A stretch of 64,000 nt of DNA, taken from the human T2T-CHM13v2.0 reference genome, Homo sapiens. The notes under the pieces are model-generated. The model saw only the letters and a list, made by a program, of their open reading frames with translations. It was not told the origin of the DNA and made no database searches. Below, piece by piece: positions 29,551 to 44,615 of this stretch (positions are counted from its first letter, which is position 1; every line of letters starts with the position of its first letter). A program made the translations under genes and the position numbers. Location of the stretch: assembly GCF_009914755.1 (NCBI RefSeq), contig NC_060927.1; one strand, 5' to 3'.

Positions 29551-31910
29551 ATGTGATAGGCGTACCTTTCTAAAACTGTAGATTAACTTCAGTTGTAAGA
29601 AACAACACACGGCCATCCCATGCACCCTTTACCTTGACTCCCGCGATGGTGACATCTTGTAAAACTACAGTACAATATCACAACCAGGATATCGACAATG
29701 AGACAACTACCAACCTTATTCAGATTTCGTGTTTTGCTTGTATCCATTCCAGAGCAATCTCTTTATAAGGCAAATCCAACCACATCCAGCCCTTAGTGAA
29801 TGTTTTTAGCAGCTCAGCACGGGCCTTGGTAGCCTCTGGGCCTGACCACCTTCCCGTCCTCATCTCTGGCTTCACGCCTCCAAATGTTGTGTTCCGTAGT
29901 TCCAACCATCTACTTGCCATTCCTCAAATAAGATGCGGCCACTCTATGCCTCTGTGGCTGTGTACACGCGGTGCCGCTCTAGCCTCCCTCCTCCCCGTCC
30001 TGCGCTGCCAACCACAGCTGCAGTGTAGAATCCCAAGGCGCCCCGTGCAAACCTTTAATACAGAATCCATCCCCCACCGTCAATGATCTCTTCGTCTACG
30101 CACCCGCCCCTCCTCACACACGGCAGCCTCTGAGGGCGTCGAGTCCCTCCTGTCTCATTACGCTTGCTACCAGGGGTGCACAGAGACTTAACGGGTGAAT
30201 GAAGAGAAGCAGCATATGGGTGACCGTGTAAGAAAGGCAGGTATCGTGGAGTGGAACTGTGGGTGGGCAGAATCATGGAGAGCTGGAGGGCTGAGGAGTC
30301 AACTGGAGGCGCATTCAAGCCTTTAGATGGACCCTGCGGCCCAGTCGGTGAGCTGCTAAGGGCTGAGCAGGAGAAGCACCAGAGGGGGCCTGAGTGCAGC
30401 CTCGGCTGTGATGTTGTGATGTCATTCTGCGCCATCTCCAGCAGGGGCACGCGCTCAGCTTAGTGACCCGAGGCGTTCCGAGCCTCGGCGTCCCCATGTA
30501 ACCATGTGGTCACAGTAAGATCCACCCACAGGACTCTAAATGGGGGACAAACAGCACACAAACAAAAACAATCAGAGCGGCGCAGTGCAGCCCTCAGTGA
30601 GCGCCAAGAGAACCCTGTCAGCCCTAAACCGAGTATATTGATTATAGGGTGATTAGCTGTACAGGACCCAGTATTCGTTTATGGGGTTTTTTTCTTCCCC
30701 TTTATTTTCTGGCTGATGATACAGAATATCTTAAAAGCAATTAAGGATTAAATGTTCAGCCCATTAAGACAATCATGGAAGAGAATGTTCTGGCAGAGTC
30801 TAGATAGTAGGTTCCATCCACGCCACACACATCCTGGCGATTTTCAAAACGTTAAAATACTAAAAACCTTAATACTGAAACCAGCCTGTCCATAATGTCA
30901 TCTGTCTGTGGCGATTCAGAAGACAGCACAGGTTTCTGCAATGAATGCCTCAAGGGTTATGATCCCAGACACCGATGTCACCAGAAGACCTTCCGCGGAA
31001 CGGACGTCAGGCCAAGCAGTCCTGAGATCTGCTGGCTTCTACCTAAACGGGACTTGGTTCCTGAATACTCAGTTCATCAGTGTCACCACACATCCTCATC
31101 TTCAGTGTCCCGCTCCCTTCTAAATTCAGATAAAGATACAATTTTATTGTTAACAACATGAGTGAATGGCTTCTCTCCACCCCAGGTGATGCTTCCACGG
31201 GCCACTTCATGAAGTGCATAGACCTGGGGGCTCATGTCCCAGATTCAGGAGAGCCTCAGACACAGTCTGCCTCCGAATTTAGACGTCTGTTTACTCAACC
31301 AGCGCTAGTTAAGTCCCTGTTCTGTGGAGGTTCCAGAACTGCAGGGTTACAGCCCTGCCTTCTCATGGGCTTACAATCTAGCAGGGACAGAAAGGCCCGG
31401 GAGGGGCTGCAGCTCCCAAGTGACAGCTCTGGATCCGGGCAAGGATAAAGACACCCCCGGGTGGCATGGAGGAGCAGACTAAAGGTCAGGCGTCTGCCCA
31501 TGTCCAAAGCCAAAGTCGTGGTACATAAGGCACTGCCCACCCCTCGCACCTTATGTCCTAGGGGCACGGCACAGTCACGCAGATGACTCAGCTGCGCCTT
31601 AGGAAATCCAAGCATGACTATGAGACCACATCACAGAGGAAAGGGGTGCCAGGGCCGCCAGCTGCCAGGGCAGAGGTAAGGACGGGGCAGCCCTGCACCT
31701 AAATCTGCCATCTATGCTCCCACAGCCCCACTGTGCGCCCACCCTACGCAGGGCAGCAGGGAGAAGGGGACTTCCAGGCCCACTAACTGGAAAGACAGTC
31801 CGTGGAACACAGCACAGTGGGCACTATGGGTCAGACAAAGACACTGAAAACAGCGAGAAAAGGCCTGGAGAACTGGCTGGTTAATTTTAGTAAAATTATA
31901 CATTACTCAC

Positions 31911-32230
31911 ATTTCCAGCTCATTTTCCTGGTTCCCGGAGCTTCAAGACAGACATTGTTTTCCAGGCCCCGCTCGCCCGGATGAATCACCTCCCGGCCAC
32001 TGCTTCCCAGGCGTCATGTGCTCCCGGGGACGGCAGAAAACCGCACGCATCCTGCCCGGGAGATGGAAGTCGCCTCCGCTCCTGGTCAGGACTGTGCCCG
32101 AGAGAGCCCACGGCATCCCCGCGAACACCCAAAGGACTCTGAGTGGCTCCGTGCCAGGCCTATCAGAGCCGCTGAGGCTGCACGGCACCCGGCCCCGCCC
32201 CGGGCCTCATCCCCATCCTAGGCGGGCACT
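31911..32230 (-). other. VGLL4: VGLL4 internal alternative first exon (5' end approximate); contributes AT of a split ATG, giving MNKTANG..., 206 aa
   Basis: Strong donor GAAAT|gtgagt at 31911/31910. AT plus the first G of exon 28325 makes ATG in frame, with an in-frame TGA upstream (31943-31945). The region is CpG-rich. Confidence 0.75.
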
Positions 32231-32260
32231 TCCACTGCCAGCTGCCCACGGAGAGAAAGA
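31960..32260 (-). promoter_or_regulatory. VGLL4: CpG/GC-rich internal promoter region of VGLL4
   Basis: Locally high CpG density and a GC box (ccggccccgccccggg, about 32189-32204), next to the alternative first exon. Confidence 0.55.
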
Positions 32261-33040
32261 TGGAAAGAGGAGGGAGGGAAAGAGAGGCCTACAACACCAT
32301 CATCCAGGACAGAGCTTTCTGAGTACTGAAAGCCACACGCTCTCTAAGCTAAGAAACCAAGAATGTCCATAACATCTGGGGAAAAGTAAACCAGATTCCA
32401 AGCAGTGACATTGAAAGAATCCATCACGTGAAAGAAGTGCACTGCGTCTATTTGATACTCATTAAAATGAGTTTCCCACCCTCCAACAAACGTGCTTTGG
32501 GATGCTTAGCCCTTAGCCCCATCACCTGACGTTCTGAGCCTGCGCTGGGCTTCATTCACCGTGGACTGCCACAAGCTACACTGATCTGAGTCTGAGTTCC
32601 TCTGCCTGGGGAGGGGGTATGGGTACAAGACATTTTGAGGATACATTCTGGGGTCCCCAAAGGCCCCTGAGCACCATGGCATGGCAGGTGCTCCCACCCA
32701 GTGAAAGAGATGAGGCCCAGGGCAGCCTTGGGCCCTGGCCTCCCAAAAACCAACATCCTGAGGCGGCAAAGCAGCCCGTCCCCATGCCAGGCGTTGCCTG
32801 GCAGGAGTAGAATGAAGGCTATGCAGAGACATCCCCCAAGCACCAGAGTCCAGGTGGAGACAAGAGATTCAAAGGAGGAGGGGCCGGCACAGGGCCAGTG
32901 AGTGGGCCGGGACACAGCCCCATCTCCAGCCCTTTCGTCCTCTCTCTCCCACCGCAGCAGTTACAGGAGAATCCGACATCTGAGAACTGGCAGGACAGCC
33001 AGTCGTTCACACAGTCTTAACACATCATAATGAGACTGCT

Positions 33041-33197
33041 GGCTGGGCATGGTGACGTGCACCTGTGGTCCCAGCTACTTGGAGGCTGAAGTGGGAGGAT
33101 CACCTGGGCCCAGGAGGTGGAGGCTACAGTGAGCCATGGTCACGCCACTGCACTTTAGCCTGGGTGACAGAGCAAGACCCTGTCTTTAAATAAATAA
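33041..33197 (+). mobile_element. Alu right-monomer (FRAM/AluJ fragment)
   Basis: Right arm only, with a (TAAA)n tail. Confidence 0.85.
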
Positions 33198-34707
33198 GAT
33201 TGCTAGCACATCTTTAATCTTAAAAAGCTTCCTCAGAAAACAGACTTAATGCCACTGAAGGGTGCCCTGAAACCTGGTTAAAGTGGTCAGCTGTATGCTC
33301 TGCTAATTTACTACAGCTTTTTAAATAATAAAATTTTACCTGAATAATATAGACAGAACTTCCTCCCAACCTTTACCTGCTGCCCCCTGGGGTTTCTGAT
33401 GTGCACAGGGCAGGTCAGCACCATCCCAGTTTTACAGAAGAGATGACCAAGGTGGAGAAGATGAAGGCTTTGCCTAGACATGCTGCCCACCACAGACACC
33501 GGCCCTGTGGCATCAGCCGCTCAGGGTCGTCACACCAGGCCCACCAAGAGACTCTCCATCACCTCGCAGCTCCATCCCAAGCTGCCAGGAGGCCTTTCCG
33601 ACCCACCAGCACCATTTCCACCCACCTTCCTGCCCCAACTGCAGAGACACAGGAAAGGAGCAGTGCGGAGATGCCGGCCACCAAGGTCTGTCCCCGGACA
33701 GTCCTGCCACGCTGGCTTTCTCAGTCAGTAAGCTTCTGAAGCACAGCTCCCAGGGGACCCCGGTCCCTGGCTGGACCGTGCACTCCCGGGAAGGCTGACA
33801 CTGCAGCCCCCACGCCCTAATCTCCTTGGCTCCGCACGGGTGACCACATACCAGATGTTCTAATAACTGTCCATAGAGTAAATAAATCATTAAGGTACAC
33901 ATAGTATGTGTGAGTCCAGTTAACAGCGTTTGTGGCAAATGACAAGGGAGTTAAGGAGATTTCAGAGAAAATGACTGGTGGCAAAGACTTTTTTCTGAAA
34001 AAGCAAAATTTAAGGAACATTTAAATGTTGGGCATAAACAGTGGTGAGATGTCTTCTCCCTTTTAGTCCCTTCCTCCAACTTCTGTTGTCCTCCTCACCT
34101 CCTCCCTGCTTCTAAATGTCCCCGAGCTCATCCAAAGCACCCCACAACACACACACAGGAGTGAACTCATCACCGTGGCTTCTCTCCCCTTGTGAGTGGG
34201 AGAATTCACTGCTTCCCAGTGAGCAACAAGGTGCCTGGGTGTGTCCCCAAGACATCCTGGTCAAGCTGCGTCACTCCTCTGTGCCAATTTTAGACGGGAA
34301 GTGAGGGAAGTGGTTGCAAAGGAAGGCCTGGGTGAAGACGATGTTTGCCGAGGTGGCGGAGGCTGAGGCAGAGACACCCTCCTAAGTACAAATGGCAAGA
34401 AGTGTGTCGTGGGCAGGAAAAAGCTGGCAAAATACCGGCATTCGGACTGTCCCAAAGACAGAGATGACCCTGAGGCTCCTGGCTTCAATAGCGGCGTCCA
34501 TCCTCGCTGGCAGGGACACAGGGCAGAGACTGTCTCTGCCTTCTATGCGTCAGCAACTACTGCCATAGCTTAACATTGCTTAATAATTGAAAAAAAGCCA
34601 CCAAAAAGTCAAGGGAATGAAACCCGAGTGCGAATGCCACCACAGCCAGCATCACTGCCACAACCATCCACCCACGTAATGTTTCCCCCATTAACTCTCC
34701 ATAAAGG

Positions 34708-34990
34708 GGCCAGGTGCAGTGACTCACGCCTGTAATCCCAGCACTTTGGGAGGCCAACGTAGGTGGACTGCTTAGGCCCAGGAGTTCGAGACCAGCCTGG
34801 GCAACATGGCAAAACCCCGTCTCTACAAAAAATACAAAAATTAGCTGGGCATGGTAGCGCCTGTAATCCCAGCTACTCAGGAGGATGGCTGGAGCCCAGT
34901 AAGTTAAGGCTACAGTGAGCCATGACAGAGCCACTGCACTCCAGCCTGGGCAACAGGGTAAGACCCTGTCTCAGGAAATAAAAATAAAAT
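34708..34990 (+). mobile_element. AluJ SINE
   Basis: Dimeric Alu with tail. Confidence 0.9.
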
Positions 34991-35129
34991 ACTCCCCACA
35001 AAGGTAGTGTCCCTCTTTTTGCTGGTTCAGATTTCAGAAATCAACTCCATGGACCCGGCAACACAGGACTCATTTGCTCCATCTATTGCGAGACAGCTGT
35101 GGCTTGCGGTCCCAGCGTGAGAAGCCTAT

Positions 35130-35422
35130 TGGCCGGGCACAGTGGCTCACACCTGTAATCTCATCACTTTGGGAGGCCGAGGCCGGCAGATGGCTTTAGC
35201 CTAGGAATTCAAGACCAGCCTGGGAAACATGGCAAAACCCTGTCTCTACTAAAAATACAAAAATTATCTGGGCGTGGTGTCACGTACCTGCAGCCCCAGC
35301 TACTCTGGAGGCTGAGGTGGGAGGATCACCTGAGCCCAGGAGATGGAGGTTGCAGTGAGCTGAGATCTGCACCACTGTATTCCAGCCTGAGTGACAGAGT
35401 GAGACCCTGTCTCAAAAAAAAA
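35130..35422 (+). mobile_element. AluJ SINE
   Basis: Dimeric Alu with tail. Confidence 0.9.
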
Positions 35423-36076
35423 GTTGGGGAATCTCTGAGTAAGTGATTGACGTTGAGTATCTTTATTATCATCAGCTCTCATTTATTGAAGGACATGCCC
35501 AATCATATGCTAGACCTCATCTTAGTAAATTCACTGCCCCACTGCAAAATAAGCATCATCTCCATTTTACAAATAAGTAAACTGAGCTTGAGAGAGGCTA
35601 AGTAACTTTTCTAAGTTTACAAAACTAGTACAACGATTCCAATATATATTGGACTGGCTCCAAAGCCTTTCCATTTTCCGGGAGGGAGGAAAATACAAAG
35701 ACTCGTGTACCTACCACTCAGAACTAGCAAATGAAAATGTGCTCTCATATTTGCTTCGGGCCTTTTCTTTCCTCTGGCCATGATGAAAGCAGCAGAACAT
35801 GCAGACGCATGAGGTCCCTGCTCCAGGCCCTCCTCAGTCCCATTCCCCTCTCTTCGTCCCCTGGGGCATCCTCTGTTTTGTATTTGGTGCCTCCTGCTAC
35901 CTGACTGTCGTCCTCTTGCCACACGTGGATGTGTCCGGAAGCACACATCCGTCGCATGCTTCACACTCCAGCATGCCAGCACACTGTATGTCTTGTTGTA
36001 CAACCGTGTCTTTCCCTCATGTTGGTCTTGGAGCTCTACCCATGTTCCAACACAGAGACCTGGCTTATCCATGTTA

Positions 36077-36725
<649 letters not shown>

Positions 36726-37016
36726 TCAGTATTTGCAGGTCATCCACCTTCGACTTCAACACATGTGACCAGAAACCTTCCCAAGGCAGCCATCCACTTT
36801 GCTGTCCCTCCGACGGCCATGGCTGACCACTGCTGCTGCTGTGTATCCTCGGTGACATCTGGCCTTGGCAGCCTATGGATTTCTGCCATTCTCCTGGCAT
36901 GAAATCACTCCTTCTTGTTGTTTTAATTTGCATTTCTTCAGTTACCAGCGCAGTTGAGCATCTTTTCATACACTTACTGACCATTCTACTTTATGCTGTG
37001 AACTGCCTTTAATTTC

Positions 37017-37450
37017 TGTAATGGGTTGAACTGTGTCCCCCTGAAAAGACATTGAAGTCCTAACCCCCTAGGTTCTCTGAATGTGAGCTTATCTGAAATA
37101 GGGTCTTTACCGAAGACCAAGTAAGCTGTGGTTATGAGGGCGTGCTCTAATCCAATGTGACTGGTGTCCTATTAGAAAACACTGGAAATCTGGATACAGT
37201 GACAGACACATACGGAGGGAAGAAGATGTGAAGACAGAGAGAAGACCGTCATCAACAAGCCATGGAATGCCAGAGGCCACCAGCAGCTGAGAGAAAGGCC
37301 TGCACAGACGCTCCCCACAGCCCTCAGAAGCAGCCAGCCCTGCTGACACCTTGATCTCAGGCACCAGGAACGGTGAGACAATACGTTTTTCTTACCCTAA
37401 GCCACCCCATCTGTGGCCCTGTGTTATGGCAGCCCTAGGAAACGAACACA
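37017..37450 (+). mobile_element. MLT1 (MaLR) solo LTR
   Basis: TG...CA ends; tgtaatgggttgaactgtgtcccc...gcagccctaggaaacgaacaca. Confidence 0.8.
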
Positions 37451-37699
37451 ATTCCCTAGGCCGTACCCACCCGCTGCCTTGCTTTACACGGCTTTAGATA
37501 TTTGCCACACCCATGTTTCTTCTGCTTTATCTATGATCAACCTAAAAGTTTTTAATGCTTCCTCTGGACATTTAAAGAGAGGTCCTGAGATCCACTGGGC
37601 CTCGGTCACCTGTCCTGTATGCCTGTCATCCTGAGGCACTGCACGAGCACCGCACAATGACAGTCCAAACAGAGACCAGAGCTGGGGAGGCCAAGTCAG

Positions 37700-38033
37700 C
37701 CCAGACCTGCCAGTAAGAAGCTGAGAGTTCCAGAGGCTGGGAAGGGTAGGGAGAAGGTAGGGGCTGGAGAGATTTGCTAAAGGATACAAAATTACAGCCA
37801 GGTAGGAAGAGTAAGTTCCAGCACTATGGTCACCTAGACCACTGTAGGGTGACTGCAGTTAACAATAATACACTACACAGTTTCAAACAACATCCATATA
37901 TTGGATGTTCCCAGCACAAAGAAACGATTAATGTTTGATGGAGGCTAACCACCCTGAGCTCATCACTCTACATGACACATGTCGAAACTTCACTATGTAC
38001 CCCATGAATATGTACAATTACTGTCAATTCAAC

Positions 38034-38035
<2 letters not shown>
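37700..38035 (+). mobile_element. L1MA 3'-end fragment
   Basis: aaaggatacaaaattacag...atgtacaatta L1MA 3'UTR motifs. Confidence 0.7.

Positions 38036-38039
<4 letters not shown>

Positions 38040-38082
<43 letters not shown>
38040..38082. repeat. (TG)n microsatellite, about 21 units
   Basis: Read directly. Confidence 0.95.
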
Positions 38083-38084
<2 letters not shown>

Positions 38085-40511
38085 TTTAAAAGCTGGAGGG
38101 CTAGCTGCCCCCAAATATGGTTCAGGAAGCCAGGAAAAAGAGCCCCATCTTATGCGCCTACATACAAAAGGGAAGAAGCTTGTCGGCCGAGTTACCATCC
38201 AAAACCCTTTTGGCTTGGTAGTGTTTGGGGAGGATGAAAGAATAAAGCCGCAGATCTTTTCATTACTCCTGCATCTCCTCCTCTCTCTTCTTCAACGCTC
38301 GTGCCAACCCCCCATTCCCACTTTACACCGAGGAAAAGTGGATTGAGAGGTGGAGGGATCTGCCTGGGGCCATGTGGCTGGCAGGTGGCAGAGTAGGGAC
38401 TTGGGTCCTTGCTCCCCTGCTGCCAATGCCCGGAGGGTTTCAAAAGCAGCTCAGGTCTGTGGTGCGAGAGGGAAGGCGGCCGCACTGAGTGCTGTCAGAG
38501 CAAACGGGCGTCCATTCTGCTGCTCTCCTGTCAGTGTGGACTCTGTCTCTCTAACTGCGCCAAGGGTTTCCAGTCACTGTGCTCTCAAGAGTGACAGTCA
38601 TTAAATCAGCATAGCCAGCATCTCCACATGCTCCAGCCTTCGAGTTTCTTTTGACTCCCTCCAGCAGCTCAGCTGGAATGTGCATCGTGTGTGAGTCTGC
38701 CCCTCTCTCTCCTTGAGACTGGAAGGAGCTCCGAGGGCAAAGTGGGTCCCTCCTTTCCTTGGGCACAATCGGTCCTCAGATCTGTGCAAGGGACGGAAGA
38801 CACTTGGGAAACCTGGCGGATCCGGAACCACAGTGTGCACTTACCCAGCGGCAGCCGCTTAAAGAAAGATCCCAGACACCAGCCTTAGGAGAGAAACTCT
38901 AAGTGATTTTAGTTAGAGACCTGTCGGAAACGCTGCTGCTGGAAGTCTCCATCTTTCCATTCTCCCTATGGTGGCCCAAAAAGCCAGGTGGCTGGTTTGG
39001 CTAGAATGAGGCGTAAAGTCAGAGCAAACAGGTTCTGAGTGAGTCTGGGGCCAACCCCTGCAACTTTCCCATATCCAGTTCCAGCATTCAGAGACCCTCT
39101 TTGCTTGGCAATGTGTGCAGGCTTTCCAGACCCGTTGCCTCTAGAGAGGCGGGACTCACGGAAATGCTGGCCAGCAGCGCGGAGCCCGTCCAGGTTGCCC
39201 AGATCCTCAGGTCACGTTTCTGAATAGCTCAACTCTATGTAAATAAGGTACCAGTTTTCTTTAACCAGAACTGTCTACATGTGTTTTCCATTATTAGCTT
39301 TAGTTTTTTAAGAAAAACTGATGTTTGAGAAACAGGTCATGGCTGAGAACATGACCGGTAAAGCATCTCACCTGCCCCCACGTTAGCAACTGTTGCCAGG
39401 GAAGTAGTTGTGAGAGCACAGCCAGCAGTGGATGCCCACCTGCGGCCATGACCCCCAGAACTTAATTCAGATGGGGCAGGAATCCATGTGCATGCTAAGC
39501 ACTGTTTACAGGCAAAACAGATGTGTCCCACATTAGAGTTTTCAAATGAATGGAGATGTTGCTGAGATTAATAAAATTGAAAAGAATTTAAAATTCCTAC
39601 TGCTAATTTGTAGTTGTTTTTGTCATTATGTAATCTCTCAAGGAATATGTTAAAAATACAACCACTATCATATTTTTGACATTAAATAGAGTCCTTGTAT
39701 CACAGAAGGGATGAAAAACACTCTATCTTTCCTTCCTCACTGAGCTGCAGTGTCTGAGGTGGACAAAACCCTGGGAGACACGGCGATCTCTGCACAGCAG
39801 CAGAGGCATCAGCATGTCGGCATCCTGCCTTGCCATCCTCCGGGGACTACTTGAGACAGCTGAGGCGAGGACTAGAGGGAGGGGTGAAGAAAAGGCATTT
39901 GACCACTAAGACCATCCAGTGCTAGTCAACCCAGACGTCCTGTTCTCCCTGCTGCTTCACTCCACCCCACACCCTCAATCTGACTCTGAGCTCCGCTGGA
40001 AAGGCCTTTCCTGTGCTGGAAAAGTGGAGGGCAGGACCCACTGCCTCCGATGCCCGCCTCAGGAAGGCAGAGGGTGGAGAGAGAGCCCATCCACCAACTC
40101 AAGACTAGGAGAGAAGACACATTCCCTCTAGACACCCCTGGAGGGAAACGGGAACAGTGTCTGCTCGGTAGGCTGCTCAGAAGTGTCTGCAAGTCACTGT
40201 CTAGAACAGGGCCTGGCACACAACTATTTTATGAATGAGCCAACCGAAAACTAAACAAATTCTCAGGAGAAACCAGCAGCAACAGGTTAGAGTCAGACAG
40301 AGGAGCTCATGAAGCTGGGTGACCCAGGGCTGGGCCATCCATGGCCCTGGGGCTCCTGGGGAAACCCAAGGAGAACAGCCCTGGCCAGCGCCAACCCCCT
40401 AGAAACGAGTGGTCTGAGGAGACCTTCTGCCATTCCCTCTCTCGTTCTTGCAACTGGCACTGTCATCTTTCAAAATTTCAAATTCTTTTGAAGGCTCACT
40501 CTTAGTTTTTA

Positions 40512-40908
<397 letters not shown>

Positions 40909-41943
40909 TTAACAGGAGAGAGATGTGGAATCCCAGCCTCCCTCAAGGAGCACCACACAGCTGCTGCTTAAACACTATCCAGACAGCTGCCTACCTCCTT
41001 CCTAAAGGTTCTCCCTCCTAATGAATGAACTCTGCCTTCAAATACAATTCTTTGGTCCCAGGTCTGCCCTTTGGAAAAATTCAATGAATCTTATTTCCTC
41101 GTCCAACTACTGAAAAGGACTTCTATGTCAACCTTGCCATGCCCAGAATTCTCCTTCAAATTACTCTGACACAAGACTCCTTATCCAACCTGTCACCCAC
41201 GGGGCACATGCCACAAGTGAACATTCATATTTAAGAGGGTCACACTCCAGAAGCAGCCTAAGGAAATAGGGCACACAGGCAAGGACTCACTCCCTTCCAT
41301 TTATCGTAGCACGTTTCTGAACGAAACACCAGCGTAGACAGTCTAATAAAAACTAACCTAAAGCATCAGGATTATTCCAAGACCTGCAGTCACCAGTACT
41401 ATCCTTTCATCAAAACAACCCAAGATGCCAGTAGGCACTTCCACACCCATGTTGCACAGTGTGGTCACATAAAAGTCTCCAATCCTTTTCTTCCCATTAT
41501 TTCAGCTTTGTGACCCCATACTGGCTAAAGACCAGACATGAATGAGTGCGTGCAGGCATATGAGAGACAAATAATCAGACTTCCTTTCTGCGTCACGTGG
41601 TGTGTGGCAGTCTCCTCCTCCCCACACACCGGAGCATGGTCACAACTGCCTGAATGCCAGCCGCCTTCCCATGGTCCAGCCCTAAGGTTGGTAGGAACCA
41701 GTTCGAAATTATTTTGTGGACTTCTCCATACTACAGGAAGACCTCTGGTTCAATAAATTTATTCAGCACTAAATAAAAATATCAAACCTGATTTTCCTCT
41801 TAAAGTTACCGATCTACCCTGACTGAACTCAGAAACTCTGCAAAAAAAAAAAAAGTAATAATAATAAATAAATAAACCCCAAAACTATTGAGCTAAATTA
41901 TTATACACCCATTGAAAATTTGAGTATTGAGTATACGAAGTGA

Positions 41944-42295
<352 letters not shown>

Positions 42296-43264
42296 TCTAC
42301 TGTATATTCTTTAAAGTACTAATAGACCGTAAGGACCTTCCTCCTGAGAGCCAATCATGTAGTGTGTTAATTCTCAACATGAACTGCCTCTGAGCATCCA
42401 GGTAGTCAGGGCTACGCTCCATCTTTCCAAAACTAGGGGGAAAGGGTTGGCCAAGCTAACTTTCTAAAAAAAAAAAAAAAAAACCAGACTGCTTTACAGA
42501 AACAAGATTTACATTACTTAAAGAAAAAATTATTTTGAGGACCTCCAGGTACTTAGCAAGGCTACTGCTTTACTGATAATGGACACCCTAATGACAAATA
42601 AAGCAGAGTTCCCACGGGAAAAAAACAGTACTGAGAGCCTATTTCATTGATCTGAGTTATAAAACTGCATTTCTTTTAAAATAGTCTCATTTTCAAATTC
42701 TGCAAAAACTTCAGAACTAAGCTATCTCTGGAGCTTCACTGTAACATCACTCACATCTAGATGCAACCCCCTGGCTATAAAATCATATTTCACCCAGAAG
42801 TGTTCGTCTGTGGAGTGTGCAGTGTGGAAGACTGAAAAGAACGTGGGGGGAGTTCAATCATTCCATTCAACACTGAAGTGGCATCTCTTCCCCCAAACTC
42901 CTGAGTTGATGATTCAAATAATGCCTCCAGAGAATTCAGAAGCACCCTCCCCCCCAAGTTTCATGCACCCCAAGTTTCATGCACCTTTCCTTTGTACGAG
43001 GGCTTCCAAACCAGATGGTAATGGTGACTCTTCACTACTCTTTGAATTAAATTAAAATTACCACCCCCGGTGGTCATCACGCATCACATCTGTCGATTAT
43101 TAGGCACCAAATACTGTATTCCTGGAGCTCGGTCTGCCCTCCAAGCTGCCTGACTCTCCTTCACAGCCTCAGTCACCCCAGATGAGTATGGAATATAAAG
43201 GATTCACACACAATGGACTCATTAATGTTTATTCAGTTGACCTGAAGTTGGTCATCACAGTTTT

Positions 43265-43800
43265 TCATATTTTTTTTACTATGGTAAAGTACTACATACA
43301 TAAAATTCACCACTTTTCAGTGACAATAAGTACACTGGTATGTTGTGCCGCCAACTGCACCATCCGTCTCCAGAACTTTTTCCTCTTCCCAAACTCTGCA
43401 CTCATTAAACACCAACCTCCCATTTCCTCCTTCTTGCAGCCGCTGGAACTACCATTCTACCTTCTAGGACTTTCACTACTCTAGGAACCTCATGTCAGTG
43501 GAATCATACAACATTTGTCTTTCCATGACTGGCTTACACAAGGTGCATCTGTGTGGTAGCATGGGTCCGAATCTCCTTCCTTTTTAAGGCTGAGTAATAT
43601 TCCATTGTGTGTACAGACCACATTTGGTTTTTCCATTCATCCGGTGATGAGCACTTGGGTTGTTTCCAACTTTTGGCTATTGTGAATAATGCTGCTATGA
43701 ACATGGGTGTGCAAGTATCCGTTCAAGTCTCTGCTTTCAGTTATTTCGTGTGTATACCTATAAGCAGAATTGCTGCATCATATGATAATTCTGTTTAATG
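43265..43800 (-). mobile_element. L1MB-like 3' fragment
   Basis: ttttggctattgtgaataatgctgctatgaacatgggtgtgcaa. Confidence 0.8.
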
Positions 43801-44312
43801 TTCAACACATCATTGGTAGTAAAGGAGGTGGGAAGTATAGGATGCATTTTTCATTTAACGTTTGGCCCTCTCTACTAGAGAAAAATTAAAGGTTTCCAAA
43901 AGGATGGATCTTGTCCACAACAATAACTGAAATTGTAAGCCTTTGTGAAAACAGCCCAAGTGGTTCATGAGAGAAATGAATGTTCATCAATAATGTAAAC
44001 ACTGGACATAAAAGTTAAATCAACAAAGAATATTCACCACCCAGCTCACTAAATCCAGCAAACTTGGGCACACAAGGGGCCCACTGGAGTCAATGATGTT
44101 GTAATCAACAGTGAGCATTTCGGAGACTTATAAGCTACGTATTTGTGGTTCTCATTTCTCACTGTGAACCTTTAAAAATTGTTTCAAGTCATCGGAGGAT
44201 GGCTAATGTTAACAGCAATACATATTGACCATTTGTATAACATTGGTGTACAGTGTTACAAAGTGCTTTGCATATACATTATGTTAACAGATCCTCTTCA
44301 ATCTGCAACTCC

Positions 44313-44615
<303 letters not shown>

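Noticed and set aside
39240-39540. Possible hAT/MER DNA-transposon remnant
   Set aside because: Could not assign a family or termini by eye.
42953-42984. 16-bp tandem duplication cccaagtttcatgcac x2
   Set aside because: Ordinary local slippage duplication with no functional context.
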